Of a stretch of 64,000 bases of DNA, positions 12,792-26,489 are shown in pieces. The DNA lies in assembly GCA_964016885.1 (NCBI GenBank), contig OZ024740.1, forward strand, positions 340,752,001-340,816,000, in the 5' to 3' direction. A model generated the notes under the pieces. That model did no database searches and was not told the DNA's origin. It saw only the letters and a program-made list of their open reading frames with translations. Source of the stretch: Eledone cirrhosa (lineage: Eukaryota). A program made the position numbers and the translations under genes. The first letter of the stretch is position 1; each line of letters opens with the position of its first letter.

Positions 12792-12923
12792 AATTGTTTC
12801 TACTTTAGGCACAAGGCCAGCAATTACCCAGTGCATTACTGGTACTTTATTTTATCGACCCCGTAAGGATGAAAGGCAAAGTCAACCTCGGCGGGATTTG
12901 AACTCAGATCGTAAAGGGACGTA
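12792..12923 (-). mobile_element. SINE family 2 copy, 5'-truncated
   Basis: Nearly identical to part of 63710-63895. An older related copy follows in the opposite orientation at about 12930-13075. Confidence 0.85.
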
Positions 12924-13289
12924 ATGACGAATTGTCAGAGTCATTAGAACATTAGATAGATTACTTTGCACTATTTGCTTTGGTTCTCTGAATTCAAATC
13001 CTGCCGAAGTCATCTTTGCCTTTCATCCATTCAAAGTCGATAAAAAAAGTACCAGTCTAGTACTGGGGTTGATTCTTCCTCTATATCTCTTACTCTCTGT
13101 TCTTCCCTGGAAGAAATCTGTTGTATTCCGACCTGGAGAGATGGGCTCTGCCAGGTTTTAAAATGCTCTAGAAACACCAATGTCAATAAGGTGCCCCAGG
13201 AGTTATGGGACAATGCATACAATTAATGACAATTGTAGTGTGCAGTATAAAGGTTGAACGTATATAAACAATTGCAAAGTAGGTTTAAT

Positions 13290-13860
13290 CATATCTTGTC
13301 TGTTTTTCCAGGCTAGAATGAGTTGGATGAGTTTGTTTCAGCCCAGCAGTTCATCACCTGTTATCTCCTTTGAAGTTCCACCTCACTATATTTTCATCTT
13401 TCATTTGAGTTGCTTGACACCTTTTTTCATCGAATTGCCATCCTTCATATGCATCATATATCTGTGCCAGTACAGTTTCCTCTCTGATTATTTCAATGCC
13501 TATTAACCTCTCCTGGCTCACCAGTGCTCTGTTGTTCAAGTGTGTTAACATTACACATCTAATCGAACATTCTCTTCAACACCAATATGTCTTGAGTATT
13601 AATTTGTTTCCCAGGTCAGTGAGTTGGTGTTTTGAAGTTCTGTTAATGAAATATCTACAGATTACTTTTTGTCTAAACTTCCATGTTACCTTCAGAAGTT
13701 TCTAAGCAGCACCAATGATGAAGTGGACAAGATGATAACTCATCAGCTAAACAGAGATAAATTCATATCCAAATATGGTTGCCATGTCCTATACAAGACA
13801 CTAAATTTCCTCCAAGTCACTTTAGTGGATGGCAAGAACAGATGGAGAATAATTCAATGA
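13290..13860 (-). mobile_element. Highly decayed RTE LINE 3' fragment
   Basis: The minus strand shows remnants of the REERLYWHRY.MHMKD and WEEFRVLYRTWQ motifs and an RTE-type 3' end. Confidence 0.6.
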
Positions 13861-13869
13861 TGAAGTGGT

Positions 13870-14135
13870 CAACTAGAGACACTGGTAGTTTGATGGTATA
13901 TAGTAGACACTGACCTGTAGATTAATAATAGTCTACAGTGGCGACTAACCAGTACATTGCTGATGTAAAGTAGAAATGGGCCAGTAGTTTGATGGTCTAA
14001 ATAGACACTGTCCAATAGTTTGATGATCTACAATGAACACTGACCAGTAATTTGATGGTCTACAGTGGACACCGACCAATAGTTTAATGGTCTACAGAAC
14101 ACACTGACCAGTATATTAAATGTCTAAAGTAGATA
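13870..14135. repeat. 32-bp minisatellite, about 8 degenerate units
   Basis: Unit gacactgaccagtagtttgatggtctacagtg recurs at about 14004, 14036, 14068 and 14100. Confidence 0.85.
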
Positions 14136-15017
14136 TTCAATTTATATGCGACTAAAACTGTGAAATCAGTGGGTATTGATTGAGATAAAATGTGGATTGG
14201 CAGAATCATTAGACCATCGGTCAAATTGCTTGAGTTATTTAGTTATGGCCTTTGTACGTGTTTTTCAAATCCTGTCATAGCAAGCTTTGCCTTTCATCTT
14301 TCCAGGCTTGATATTATAATGGATCAGTCAAGTTGTGGATTCTATTTAACATTACTAGAGTCATTTAAAGTCTGAAGTCTGTCTCAAGCCTGGAGGCTCA
14401 TCAGGCCAGTGCTTATTCCGGTTTCCTGGACAGGATGCCAGTCCATCAGGGGTTAAACGCCCAGCTATTGCTTGTATTCATTTTCAGCTGAGTATACTGG
14501 AGCAACGAGAAATGAACTGTTTTACTAAAGAGCACACTAGATGTTTATTGAATCATAATAGAAGACATGTATTGCAAAAGTTCTGTATCAGTTCACCACA
14601 GGATTATCAATGTAAGTAGCAAAAGTAGGATATTGGCTGAAGCAGATTCTATGAAATTAATGTCCTTGCCTTTTGTATAAAAGAAAATATATCCATTTTC
14701 ACAAATAGGATGATTCTATTTTGCTTTTGTATCATTCTAACAGTAATGTTGTTATTTAGCCTTTTAGTATCATTGTTATAATCATATTATTCTTCAGTCT
14801 TCCACCACCACCCAAGACTAGACACCATACTGGTGCTGATTTGAAGTAAAATCTACACAGTAATAATAAGATATACATGTTTTGGCAAGGATCAACATCT
14901 ATTTATATTTCTCAATTTTCCTTCTACACTGGAAAGTCCAAGGATCAGTTATTTCTAACCCTTTACTACTATATGCCAGTGACTCCCAACCTTTTCATTA
15001 CCAAAGACCTCTTTTAT

Positions 15018-15235
15018 TTAACCCTTTAGTATTCATATTACTCTATATATACTATTATATTTTCATGGTAAATGCTTTACCTCGCATAATTATCTCACAT
15101 AATATCGAATCTATGAGATTTTGAAAGTATTTATTTTGAGAACAATACCTTAACATCAGTATGAGCGACCAGTTACAGCCAGTTTCAACAGAGAGAGGTA
15201 GAGAATTCTGGCCGGTTTGAACATTAAAGGGTTAA
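15018..15235 (+). mobile_element. piggyBac-type MITE (family 1)
   Basis: TTAA-CCCTTTAGT ... ATTAAAGGG-TTAA. Confidence 0.85.
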
Positions 15236-15859
15236 ACTAATTTTTCTATGCACCCTCTGCTAGATAGTTGAACAATGAGAATAACAATTAAAAGAGAAAT
15301 GTTTATACCTAATGAAGACTGAATACTCAATAGCATATGGTGGTAAGAAACTCTCAGGAGAGCAGGTCTTCAGAGAAGAAACCTTCCTCAAGTGAGTGTT
15401 TTGGCCATTTTAACAGCTTTTAAAATGTTGAACTTAGCTCATGTCACCCACCTGGCTGTATACTGCCTTTGCAGACCCCAGACTGGAACACAAGATAAAT
15501 ATCATGAGTGAAGTAACCACAGCTATTCACGTTTCTTCATTCACATTTCCATTGCACCTAACAATGACTTTCTAATGTGTAAATCAGACTGTACAGGAAG
15601 CAACTAAGATATATAATCTCAGTGTGATGTTGACAACATAAGAAATGATGAGAAGAAAACCAGCACTAATGCAAGTCTAAACTTTGAATCTTACTATATT
15701 TTTGACAGTGGTGTTAGGCTTTAGAAGTGTGAAAATGGAATGTATATGGAACAAACCTAACACTTTCACTGCCATATTAAACTGAACTCATGTAAGTTTT
15801 ATTTAAAATCTAAGGAAATCAAAACAAGAAATTATGATAATAATAATAATATTTGTCTT

Positions 15860-17924
15860 TTTATTCAAGAGGAAGATTTCACTGAAGATGATCAGAATAA
15901 ATATCTCAAGATTATACTTACAAATACTTAAAAACAAATTAAAAAAAAAATATTTGGTTTAATCTGACAAAAGTTTTAAGGAAAAAAAATGTAAAAGTAT
16001 GTAAAAAATCCTACCCAGCTGATAGTGTATTGGTCATATTTGAGAGATCAGTGCTTGAAATTCCCAGCATGGTGTTTTGTTTAGCTAGCTGCAAGACTTT
16101 AAATAAATCTCTCACCTAAACTAAATTGTAAAACTAACAGAACCAAAACAGGACAGTTTACCCTGCCAATCTCAAGCAAGACAGGTTAATCAACAACAAA
16201 ATGCCAGCAAATTTGGGATGCCCACCCTTACATCATATAGCTGATATTTAGTTTGCAACACTCTGCACAACATCAATGTTGTGATGCAGAAAGGCCCAGC
16301 AGAAAATCAGTATTTGTTTTTGATAAAATAAAAAAAAAAATAAATAGTAAACACATTGTTAATAAGTATTGAAGTAGCTAGAGTAATTTGGATAATAGAT
16401 TTTAGTTTTGTGAAATTGCTAAGTCATAATATAACAGACACACACGCACACTCACACAGAGCTAATAATACATAAACATTATTTTCAACATTACAAACAA
16501 TTAATATTTAAGATCTTCATAAAATATATTTATTCACAACTAAAATGTAAAAAGAAGTAACCCCAGTTGACAAATCTTGAAAATATCAACGGTAACCACA
16601 TTGCTAACCATAGGTCATCTGAACTAAATGTCTTCATATATATGTGTGCAAAAAAAAAAGAAAGAAAAAAAAAGAAAAAAAAGCCATATCTTTTTATTTT
16701 GCCAACTTACAGAAAGTAAAAGCTTTATTCAAAAGAATTGCTAAACCCTCACACTTAATAGTGTTTAGAAAATAATGAAGGTTTTCTTTTTTCTTTCTCA
16801 GTTAATAGTTTAATGTAAAATAAAACCCAAGGAACTTAACACCTAATCTCACCTTTGTTTTATACCAATGATTAAATTAGGTTAACCTGTCTTTCCCTAA
16901 ACTAAACAGTTGAAAATTCAGACATGGCTAAGTTTAGATTTAGATAAATGATTTGTCAAATTATTTGTTACTTTTCATATTAAAAATTTAGAAGATTTTT
17001 ATATGAAAATGACTAACACAAGAATTAGTTATGAAACTGTTATGTCAACAGCTTTCAGAAATAATATAAACCTCATTTGTCATGGAACGTTAAAAAGTCA
17101 TCATCATAAATAACGTGATTTTTTTTTTCAAGAAAAAGACAAAAATAAAGGAAGCAGCAATTTAGATGTTGATAAAATGCTAAATTTTTATTTCATTTTA
17201 ATGTAAGAGGGAGAAGAAGACAAACAGTTGTAGATTTGTTTGGGCTGTATGTCAGCTCTGACTTACACAAGATCATCAGCTTTAGATTGTAGCCTACAAC
17301 TATATCGGACAGATTGACTGACGTATAGGAACATACTATTGTCCATGAGAAACCGTTAAAAGTATTAGATCAGTGGTAAAAGAAGCTTGCATGAGTTGTG
17401 GGAGGGGTCGTGAAAAGGTGTTACAAACAGCATTCAACTGATTGGTGGAGGAATGAAGAGATCATCGGGCACTGATCAGTTAAGAAACACTCATGCAGCA
17501 GCAGTAAACGGTAAGACAGACAGAAACATTAAGCCAGAAAACTGAAGGGTTTAAAGCAGTAATAGTATTACCGGCAGTAGTAGTAGTAAGTCACCAGACA
17601 GCTGTAGTAGGGAGTGGATTTGTTAAGAGAAAGAGTAGTGAAAGTGTTTCTGTGAGTGTGTGTGAAGAGAGGGGAGATAAGATGGAGGGATGCAACCAAC
17701 CATTCTACACAAACAGCAACAATGAATAAACAAGTTCAAACATACAAAAAAAACAAAAAAACTAAAGGGGGCAGTTCTCATACAGAGTCACCTGTGAGAT
17801 TAAAGGTGTATGTACTTTTAGAGAAATCAAAGAGAAAATAAAGTTTGTGGCAGAAATGTTTTATATCTCCATGTAAGTGTGTGTGTAAATGTGGATTAGT
17901 TTTGCTCTTCAATTGTATTTCACC

Positions 17925-17964
<40 letters not shown>

Positions 17965-18052
17965 TATAAATAATAATTGAATGGTGGCATGATATTGGCA
18001 AAATAGTTTTGGTTTGCGATTTAAATTAATTTTGGTTTTAATTTCATAAATA

Positions 18053-18090
<38 letters not shown>

Positions 18091-21000
18091 TTTTTTCTCC
18101 ATTTTTCTAGACAACAATATGAAGCTACATAATGAATATTTGTGACATACAAAACACTTAGTATAGCCCATAATGTTTCATACAATTGTCTTTAATCATG
18201 AAACTGATACAGTGTAAATGACATGACATGATTGCAGAGCTTGAAGCTCTGGCATCTTTAAAGTCAGTGTCAATGCTGTTAGCACTGAAATACATTCACC
18301 TCTCGTGCTGCTTCATAACAAAAGAATAAAATACATCACAGATTTGTTCCCTGATTCAGACAGGTCTAGGAAATTCAAACTATGCAACTACATGAGAGGA
18401 AATCTGCAATCTGCTGCTTATGGAAACAAAAAAAGATAAATAAATAAAAAGAAAGTAATTATAATAATATATATAATTAAACAAAAACAAACAAACAAAC
18501 GTGTAAAATAAACAAAGAAAACAACAAGTAGAAAGACATGTTCAGCCACATGCACACATGAGTGAAGTTAGAAAGAGACATAGGAGTTGACAGAGATATA
18601 TAAATAGCTGAGCACAACATCTTTTTTATCAACAACATTCAGCTAATAAGAACTTTAAAAAAAAAGAAAAAAAAAAGAAAACCAACATAAATTCTGGTGC
18701 TAAAATGCAGTTGAATGTTGTGGGGGTGATATAGTCACTGTATTTGATTTGTGTTAGAATGTTGATAGTTAAATTAGTAAGTAATGTGTTTGACCAGTAG
18801 TCAACATGTACCATTCAGAGTAGTACAAACAAGAGAACATTGCCAAATTAGCAATTGTTGTTATAAAGTTAACAATAATGTTTTTTTCTTTTCTTAAATA
18901 ATTTAATCTGTTTACTGGGCTGGATTAAAAAAAGCAACAACTTTCAGGATAATGTCTTGCTGTTGTTAAAGGTTACAGTCCATACAGTAATGGTTATGTA
19001 GTTTTGGAAGTTTAGAATGAGACATTTATGTTGCATGAAGCTCTTTTTATATATTTTCTTTTTAAAATCCCCTTTTGTTTTAAATTATAAGACAAACAAA
19101 AGAAATACATGACTAGTTGAAAAGCCTGACAGTGTGCACACGAGAAGATGTTGCTGTTGTAGCAACTTCAGTTAGTATGTTGAAATAGTTAAAGGATACA
19201 GAGCTGTGTAGAGTGTCAGGCTGTGCAACATCTATTGACACACTGATGTTCACACAGTTAAAGATACAGACACACTCCAGTGAGGACAAGAAAGCTGAAA
19301 ATACACTGTTCACTTAGAATGAATTAGGAATTTTTTATTTTGTTTTTCCAATATATTTTTTCATAGAAAATTTTATATTGGCTTAATTATTTGAAAACAA
19401 AAACAAAAAAAAAGCATGTTCCTTTTAGAACAACTAGGACTATTGTCACTACAACTAATAATAATAAAAATAATACTTTTCCTTAAATTTTGCTAAATTA
19501 TTGTCAGTGTGTGAAGATTAGTTAATGATAGTGGAACTAGTTAGTAAAGAAATTAATAGAAAGTAGGTAGTTATGAGGTCAGCTGTTGTACATCATATAA
19601 AGAAATGTAAAACATTTATCCTATTTATTCCAAAATGACTAAAGCAGTACCCATCCTCTCCATCATCAACTACAAAATTATTTATCCACAACTAATTCTA
19701 AATACGTTAAATACTAAGTACTTCTTTTTTTACACAAATTTTCTTCAAACCTGAAATAAAAATAAAAAGGAGAAAGAAATTCCTTCAATATAATTGCACT
19801 TTAAGGATGTATCTGTGCTGAGTGTGGAAGTAATCCAATATTTAACTTTACTTCTATAATATGCAGTAATCTATTAGATAAAGCAACAAAGAAAAGAAAC
19901 ATAGGAAGTTGGACAAATTAAGAGTGAATATGAAGGTGAGCCCCAAATAGCTAGGTGAAAATATAAAGGGACCAGAATAATCTGGTCAGATGAACATAGG
20001 GACACTGACAATAATTATAATTGAAGATGTGAGCTTTTTTTAAAATGTGGGATGAAAGAAGATATAAGGTGTGAGATGAATAGAAAATATAACAGATTAA
20101 AAAATAGAGCTCGACAGCCAATTGTTTAAAGTAATAAATGATAATAGGAGAGAGAGAAAGATGAGTAGAGGACATCAGAAAATACTGATATAATATCGAG
20201 GGAGATAGGGCTTTGAGAGTGGAGAGTTAATGAGATGAAACCAGAAGTTTTCACTGCCTAACTTATCAACATTTCAGTCAAAGTGAAATCAGTCTTTCAT
20301 TTGATACAAATGTTGGTTTTAGTTGATTTGGTTTAAAAAAAAAATACGACCATGACAGTAAGGATGTGCAGGATCTTTTGAAGATAGCAAAAAATGAAAG
20401 AACATTAAAAGGAAATATTTGATAATAAAAACAGCAGCCTTACTTTCAACTGCACATTTAGAAACAACATCTAGAAGACAAAATTATGTTTTGCATTAAT
20501 TTAAAGTGTGCATGAACGACAGCTCTGAGCATGAGACTTCAATCAAATATGGGATTAAGTCAACTTTCACAAGATATTTCATTCTTTTATACTTTTTCAT
20601 AAAGTTAAATACATAATACATACAAAATTTTAAGTCATAAGCATTAGTTATATATACACACTTACACACACACACATATATATTTACATACATACACACA
20701 CACACACATATATATATAAATATACATGCATATATATATATATATATATATAAATCAACACTAAAACTCTCTAATCCATGCCATTGTATATATTACAATT
20801 CTCTTTAAAAAGGAACAAATTCTCTTTCACATCAATAAGATAAATAGATTGATCACCAACAAACAAACAACATTACATCTTTTGTCTGCAATAACAACAC
20901 TATTTCAACAAAGCCAATCTTCAAAAAACACTAAATAATGTTCTGCACACTTCTCCATATAGATCCAGTTGCTACAACTACTGGTTTCTGATAAAGACTA

Positions 21001-22934
21001 ACAGCAATGTCAAATAAAGAAGAGGCTGATTACAACTTTAATAGTGCCATGGTGAATTGTGCATGTGTGTATGTTGCCATCATAAATTATATTTATGTAG
21101 TCATTTAACCATTACATTAACATTATATATATATATAACTCCACCCCTGAAGAGATGGACTTAGCTGAAGTTAATACAATCTGATTAATTTCCCATATTT
21201 TGCCATTGAAACGGTTTAAGCTTGACCGTCAGGCATATCCAATAGTAATAATTGATCCAACAAATGACTAACACACACACACACGCACACTCACAGAGAA
21301 ATAAAATAAAAATAACTATTTCAAAGCATATGAAAAACTTAAGTTTATTACATTTAAAAAACCCGTCATTTCAACAATACATACAGACACACAATATTGT
21401 TATTTTCTATTGAAAATGACAATTTAACTTGGCAGATTATTTTAATCAATAGACAATCTAACTGAAGTGCTGTCTTATAATGAGCTCTGCAACATCAAAC
21501 TGCCCTTACTGGCTCTTCTTGACTAGAGGGAGGTTAAATGCCAGGTTAGAGACAAAAGTATGGAATTCATTCACCCTATATTACCTATGTTAGTGATGTC
21601 TATGAAGTTTATAATATGACCAAAATGAATGAAATGATTTTAAATCCTGACTAGAAACAAAAAAGAAAAAACAAAAAAAAAAACAAGAATTTCTTGAAGG
21701 AAATTTCTGACCAATGATAAGGCAGTCATATCGAAATGGTACAGTTTATAAAGGGTCACAGGTGAATAACAAAAGAAAGAACAAATGATATAAGTGACTA
21801 GAAAATTGTTAGCAAGCTTATATGATTGATGATGGTGATAATGATAATAGTGTGGTGGTAATAATGATGATGATAATAGTAATAACAATAATCATAATAC
21901 TATACTATGAATACTGATATAAGCTAAAGTCTGTTGGTTCCTTAGAAAACAGAATATTTGAACAGACTTCAGTATGTTAAGATTCCATTGCTAAAAAGTG
22001 TTTTTTTTTTTAAATGGAATATTTGAGTAGAGAGGAGGAGGAGGAGGAGTGTGGATGGTTGATAGTGTTCTTGAGTAACATCTAAATTTCTGGGCACAAT
22101 AGAGTATTGAGGAATAAATGACAGCTGCTTCTGGTCATGTTTTCACTGACTAATGAAACACTGGTAGTCAAAAAGCTTTGCTTGACCACAGAAAAACAAA
22201 AGCATGTATAAGTATGTGTATATGTATGTGTGTTTGTGTATGTATGTGTGTGTGTGTGTATGTGTACAATAACAGTAGCAGATGCATCAGCATTAGAAAA
22301 GAGAACGTTATTATTCCTACTGGCGACCGTGCATGTTAATAAAGACACTGAGATGTACTTTTAGCAAATGAAACAGCTATGCAGTACCTGCAGACGAGTG
22401 CAGGCAGCATCAAACACAAATCATTTATCAATATAATGCAGAACTGACATTCCCACTGGACATTTTGCTAGCAACTCCAAAATTAAGAAAATAAAATGAT
22501 ATTAATAATAATAATAGTAATAGTAATAACAATAATAATTAAAAAAAAAACAACAAACAAACATGAAAACAAAGAAAAATTGATGAGCGGAGGAGAGTGG
22601 GTGGGGAGAGTGACACCCACTCCCCCTGCGAACCTCATCTTATTTGTGAAATAAATGATACAAGTTGCTAAACTGACTGCAAGCAAAGCTGCAGGGTGGT
22701 AAATGATCAGCAACAACAAAGAGAGACACAATGGACACAGTATGGAGGAGGGGGAGAGGGGAGAATTATAGCCACAGAGGGCAGTAGTTGTCTCCTTCTG
22801 CTTGGCAAATGGTTAGGAAACCACTTGTTAAACAAAGAAGAACATAACACTTCCCAGTGCTCAGTAAAGCTGTAAAAGTTTGAAAAAGACTTTTTTTTTA
22901 AATTGTTTTTTTTTCTCTCTTTAATATTTTTTTG

Positions 22935-22973
<39 letters not shown>

Positions 22974-23746
22974 AAACTACATTGACTACTTTTTATTAAT
23001 AATATTCAGGTTTGTTAGGTGAAATAAAAAATGCACATAGCAATAAAGAATATTAGTTTTTGATTAGGAATTCTTATCCGACAAGAGCAGCTGCAAATCT
23101 GTAGCGAACAGTTGCTGGTTTTAGTTTCACAGATCACAGGATGATAAAAGAGACACAGAGAGGGCGTATGATAAGCAAAGAAACCAATGAGAATAGAGTT
23201 AGCAGCAAAGAAGCAGATGTCATATTTTCTCATCCACAAATGCTGACAACAGAGATCCAGCCTACAAATTATGAAAATGACCTACAAGAATAAGTTTCAC
23301 CGTGCATGAAACAAATGCTAGAAAACAATTTTTTCTGTCCTTTCAAGTTAAACATTCTTGCCTGATGAACTATCAGCATGTTTCACAGCAACATCTCTCA
23401 TGACATTGCACACTCAACGAATGAATGCAACGTTGCTTTGCTATATATGTTTATGTGTATACATGTGTACTTGTGCGAGTGTGTGCAGGCATCTTCACAC
23501 ACACACACACACGCACACGCACAAACATATAGACATACACTGTTTTTGTTGTCAGTTTACTTTAGTACATGCCGTAGAATGAGCGGTTAAATCTGCCACA
23601 TCACAAGAAAGTGACGTGAAGGTAAAGTTGCACATGACAAAGGACTCAGTAATGGATTACCGATTCCTTGTTGACTGTAAGAATAATGTGAAGGTCAGAA
23701 AAGTGTATGGACACCACACAGCCAAGGTCACTGACCAACAGACCAC
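15860..23746 (-). other. Putative long 3' UTR of the G-alpha-o gene
   Basis: Lies directly downstream of the stop codon and has no recognisable TE fragments, unlike the rest of the window. Candidate minus-strand AATAAA signals occur at 22992-22997, 16529-16534 and 15860-15865. The end point is inferred. Confidence 0.55.
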
Positions 23747-23934
23747 TTAGTACAAGCCACACCCACGAAGATTGTTTGCAATGATTACATCTGTTACAGC
23801 ATCAAACACAAACTGAATATTATTGGTATCTGTGGCACATGTTTGATGACAGTAGATTTCCTTCGTTGCACTTTTGTTCTTAGCTTCAAACTGGGCCTGG
23901 ATATATGCAGCAGCCTCTTCATACGTCTGTCTAC
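23747..23934 (-). CDS. GNAO1: G protein alpha-o subunit, terminal coding exon (188 nt including TAA)
   Basis: Translation (G)[61 protein letters not shown] contains the G5 box TCAT and the Go-type C-terminus with the pertussis-toxin-site Cys at -4. Acceptor ttacag. The five exons total 762 nt, or 253 aa plus stop. Confidence 0.97.
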
Positions 23935-25275
23935 CTGTAAACAACATCAATAAGAGAAGATAAGCAGGTTGTCTTCAAATTAACATTAGTATTAGTAATA
24001 TATACAATTACGACATCAATAAAATCAAAACAAACACAATGATAAATATTCATTTACTACACAGTATAAATTAGAAAATCTAAGATAAATCTCACATAGA
24101 TGAAATACAGTTTATAACCCTCACTGTGAAAATTGAAACAAATGTGAAAAACAATCTGTTAATCTCTTTGTATGCAGAAAAACAAGAAATTACTTTCTCT
24201 TATGTTTTTCTGTGTACAAAGAAAATAACAATGTTTTTCATATTTGTTTATATTTTCACAGCAAGATATATTCTCTGGTTATACCTACAAAAGAAACATG
24301 TTTAGTTCATTAACATATCATACATCTATATTCAATTGAATTTTATTCCTTAAGGCACAAACACATTAATTGTAAAATGTGAGCTATTTTCTCTGCTACT
24401 TGATATATTTAACAAAACACAAGTAACTGAAAATATATAACTACAGTTCAGAATTATTAAACAGATATTTAAAATGAAATGCAAAAGTATTGAACTATAG
24501 CTGTGTGAATGTTAATTTAAGTTTCCTTCCTTAATGACTTGATTATATTTGACAAATGATAATGTTTCATTAAACATACAATCAAAAAGGTCTTGAAAGA
24601 CATTATATGTAACTAGATTGGGTATAATACAAATACAATGTTACTCTGACTAAATTGTAGACTAGAGTCTTCATTACTTGAACTATACACTTCAGCCACA
24701 CTTTAGCATTGCTAACCAATTGCTGAAAATTGCAATAATAAGACAAGTTAAAACAACTAATATCTACCTAGCTTTACAATTACTATAGCAAGTTTCTTTT
24801 TGTTAGATTGAGACTGGCACAGACAAGATCAGGAAAAGAAATTTCTTTTTAAAGTCAGGGAGGGAGTAAGGTGTCATTGAATTAGTCACCTAACCCAAAT
24901 GCTTGCAACAGAATGGAGTCTGCTAAAGGCACCCAACGGCCAGGTGGTTATGTTAAATCTGATGATAGATTAAGTCTACTACTCAAGAAATCCACAGAGG
25001 GATTTGAACTCAAACCACTAAGACTTGGAACAGATACTGCAAGGCATCATATTTAACACTGTAACAATTCTGCTAAACCACTACTTTAGACTGGTTCTAT
25101 ATTTTATCCCCATCCCCACCACTTCTACCCCATTCCTGAAAGGATGAAAGACCATCCTGACCTCTTCAAATTGTTGATATAATATCTCTATTAAGAGCAA
25201 GAAAGTCTTCCAGATTCTGACAAAAACTTCAATACTTTATGATGATAGATATATTTAAAATATTTCACATATTCA

Positions 25276-25434
<159 letters not shown>

Positions 25435-26489
25435 CTAAAAGAGAAAGATAGTATATTTCATTAGTAGTTGTTACAGAAGTCATGTTAAATATCTTCAGGG
25501 TCATATTAAATATGAGAGGATTATTTACTCCTGGTAATGCAAGAGGTACATACAATAATTTATAAGAGAGGAACCGTGTGTATCCCAGTTTTTAGAATAC
25601 ATACACTGTATCATAAGACTAAAAGGGTTGGCATTAGGCAGGGCACCCAGTTTTTAAAATGTTCTGTCCAACCCATGCAAGTATAGAAAAATGATGAAGA
25701 TGATGACGAACAGAACTTAAATTTAGTTTTATATATTTTCCATTGGTTAAAATGAATTACAACTACAAGTTTTGTTCATATTTGGGTTTTCTGGAGAAAC
25801 ATTTTGCTTTTAATTCTCAGGCCTTTCTCTTAGTGCCTTCACCCTGACTTCCTATGAGCCTCGCAAGACATGTTTCATTGGCAACCAGCACTATGAAGGC
25901 AATTGCAAATATAGTCAGCATTAGCATGTTTCTATAGATGTATTCATGGTTATATGTATATGAATATTTATGTGTATGGGCATTAGTCGGTGCCTCTGGC
26001 AGATTCTCTTGGCTTGTGATATGATTGGAAGTAATAATGATAACAAAGATTCATGAGATCTGGCTATATCTGAAGTCCCCAGAAGTTCATACAAACTTTC
26101 TTCTTTTCACATTCAGAAAAATAACAAGTTACCCACAAAGTCCGCTGCCTTTAGGATTAAAAATTTCAGAGCTGCTGCAATCATGTTGGCATGAGATGTA
26201 GAGGGATTATAGAGATGTTAGAGTGGAAGTGTGTAGATGTGTGCTGTGTGCAAGACAACTCATAGACAAGGAACATAGGTACAAATCCTTCTGGGTGGGC
26301 AGCAGTGATGGTGTGGGTGGTGAAGTTGTAGTAGATTGGTGGGGAAATAGGGAAATGAGGTAGTCAGTGTGAGAGAGAATAATTATCTCTGTATATGCAC
26401 TACAAGCTGGGCTAGAAGATCAACAGAAGAACCACTTTCATGAAGCCCTCTAGCAGACTATCTCAACAATAAATAACAATAACATCATT

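Noticed and set aside
23935-23950. ATG start of ORF 23747..23950 (MMLFT...)
   Set aside because: The first residues are intronic. The real exon begins at 23934 after the ttacag acceptor.
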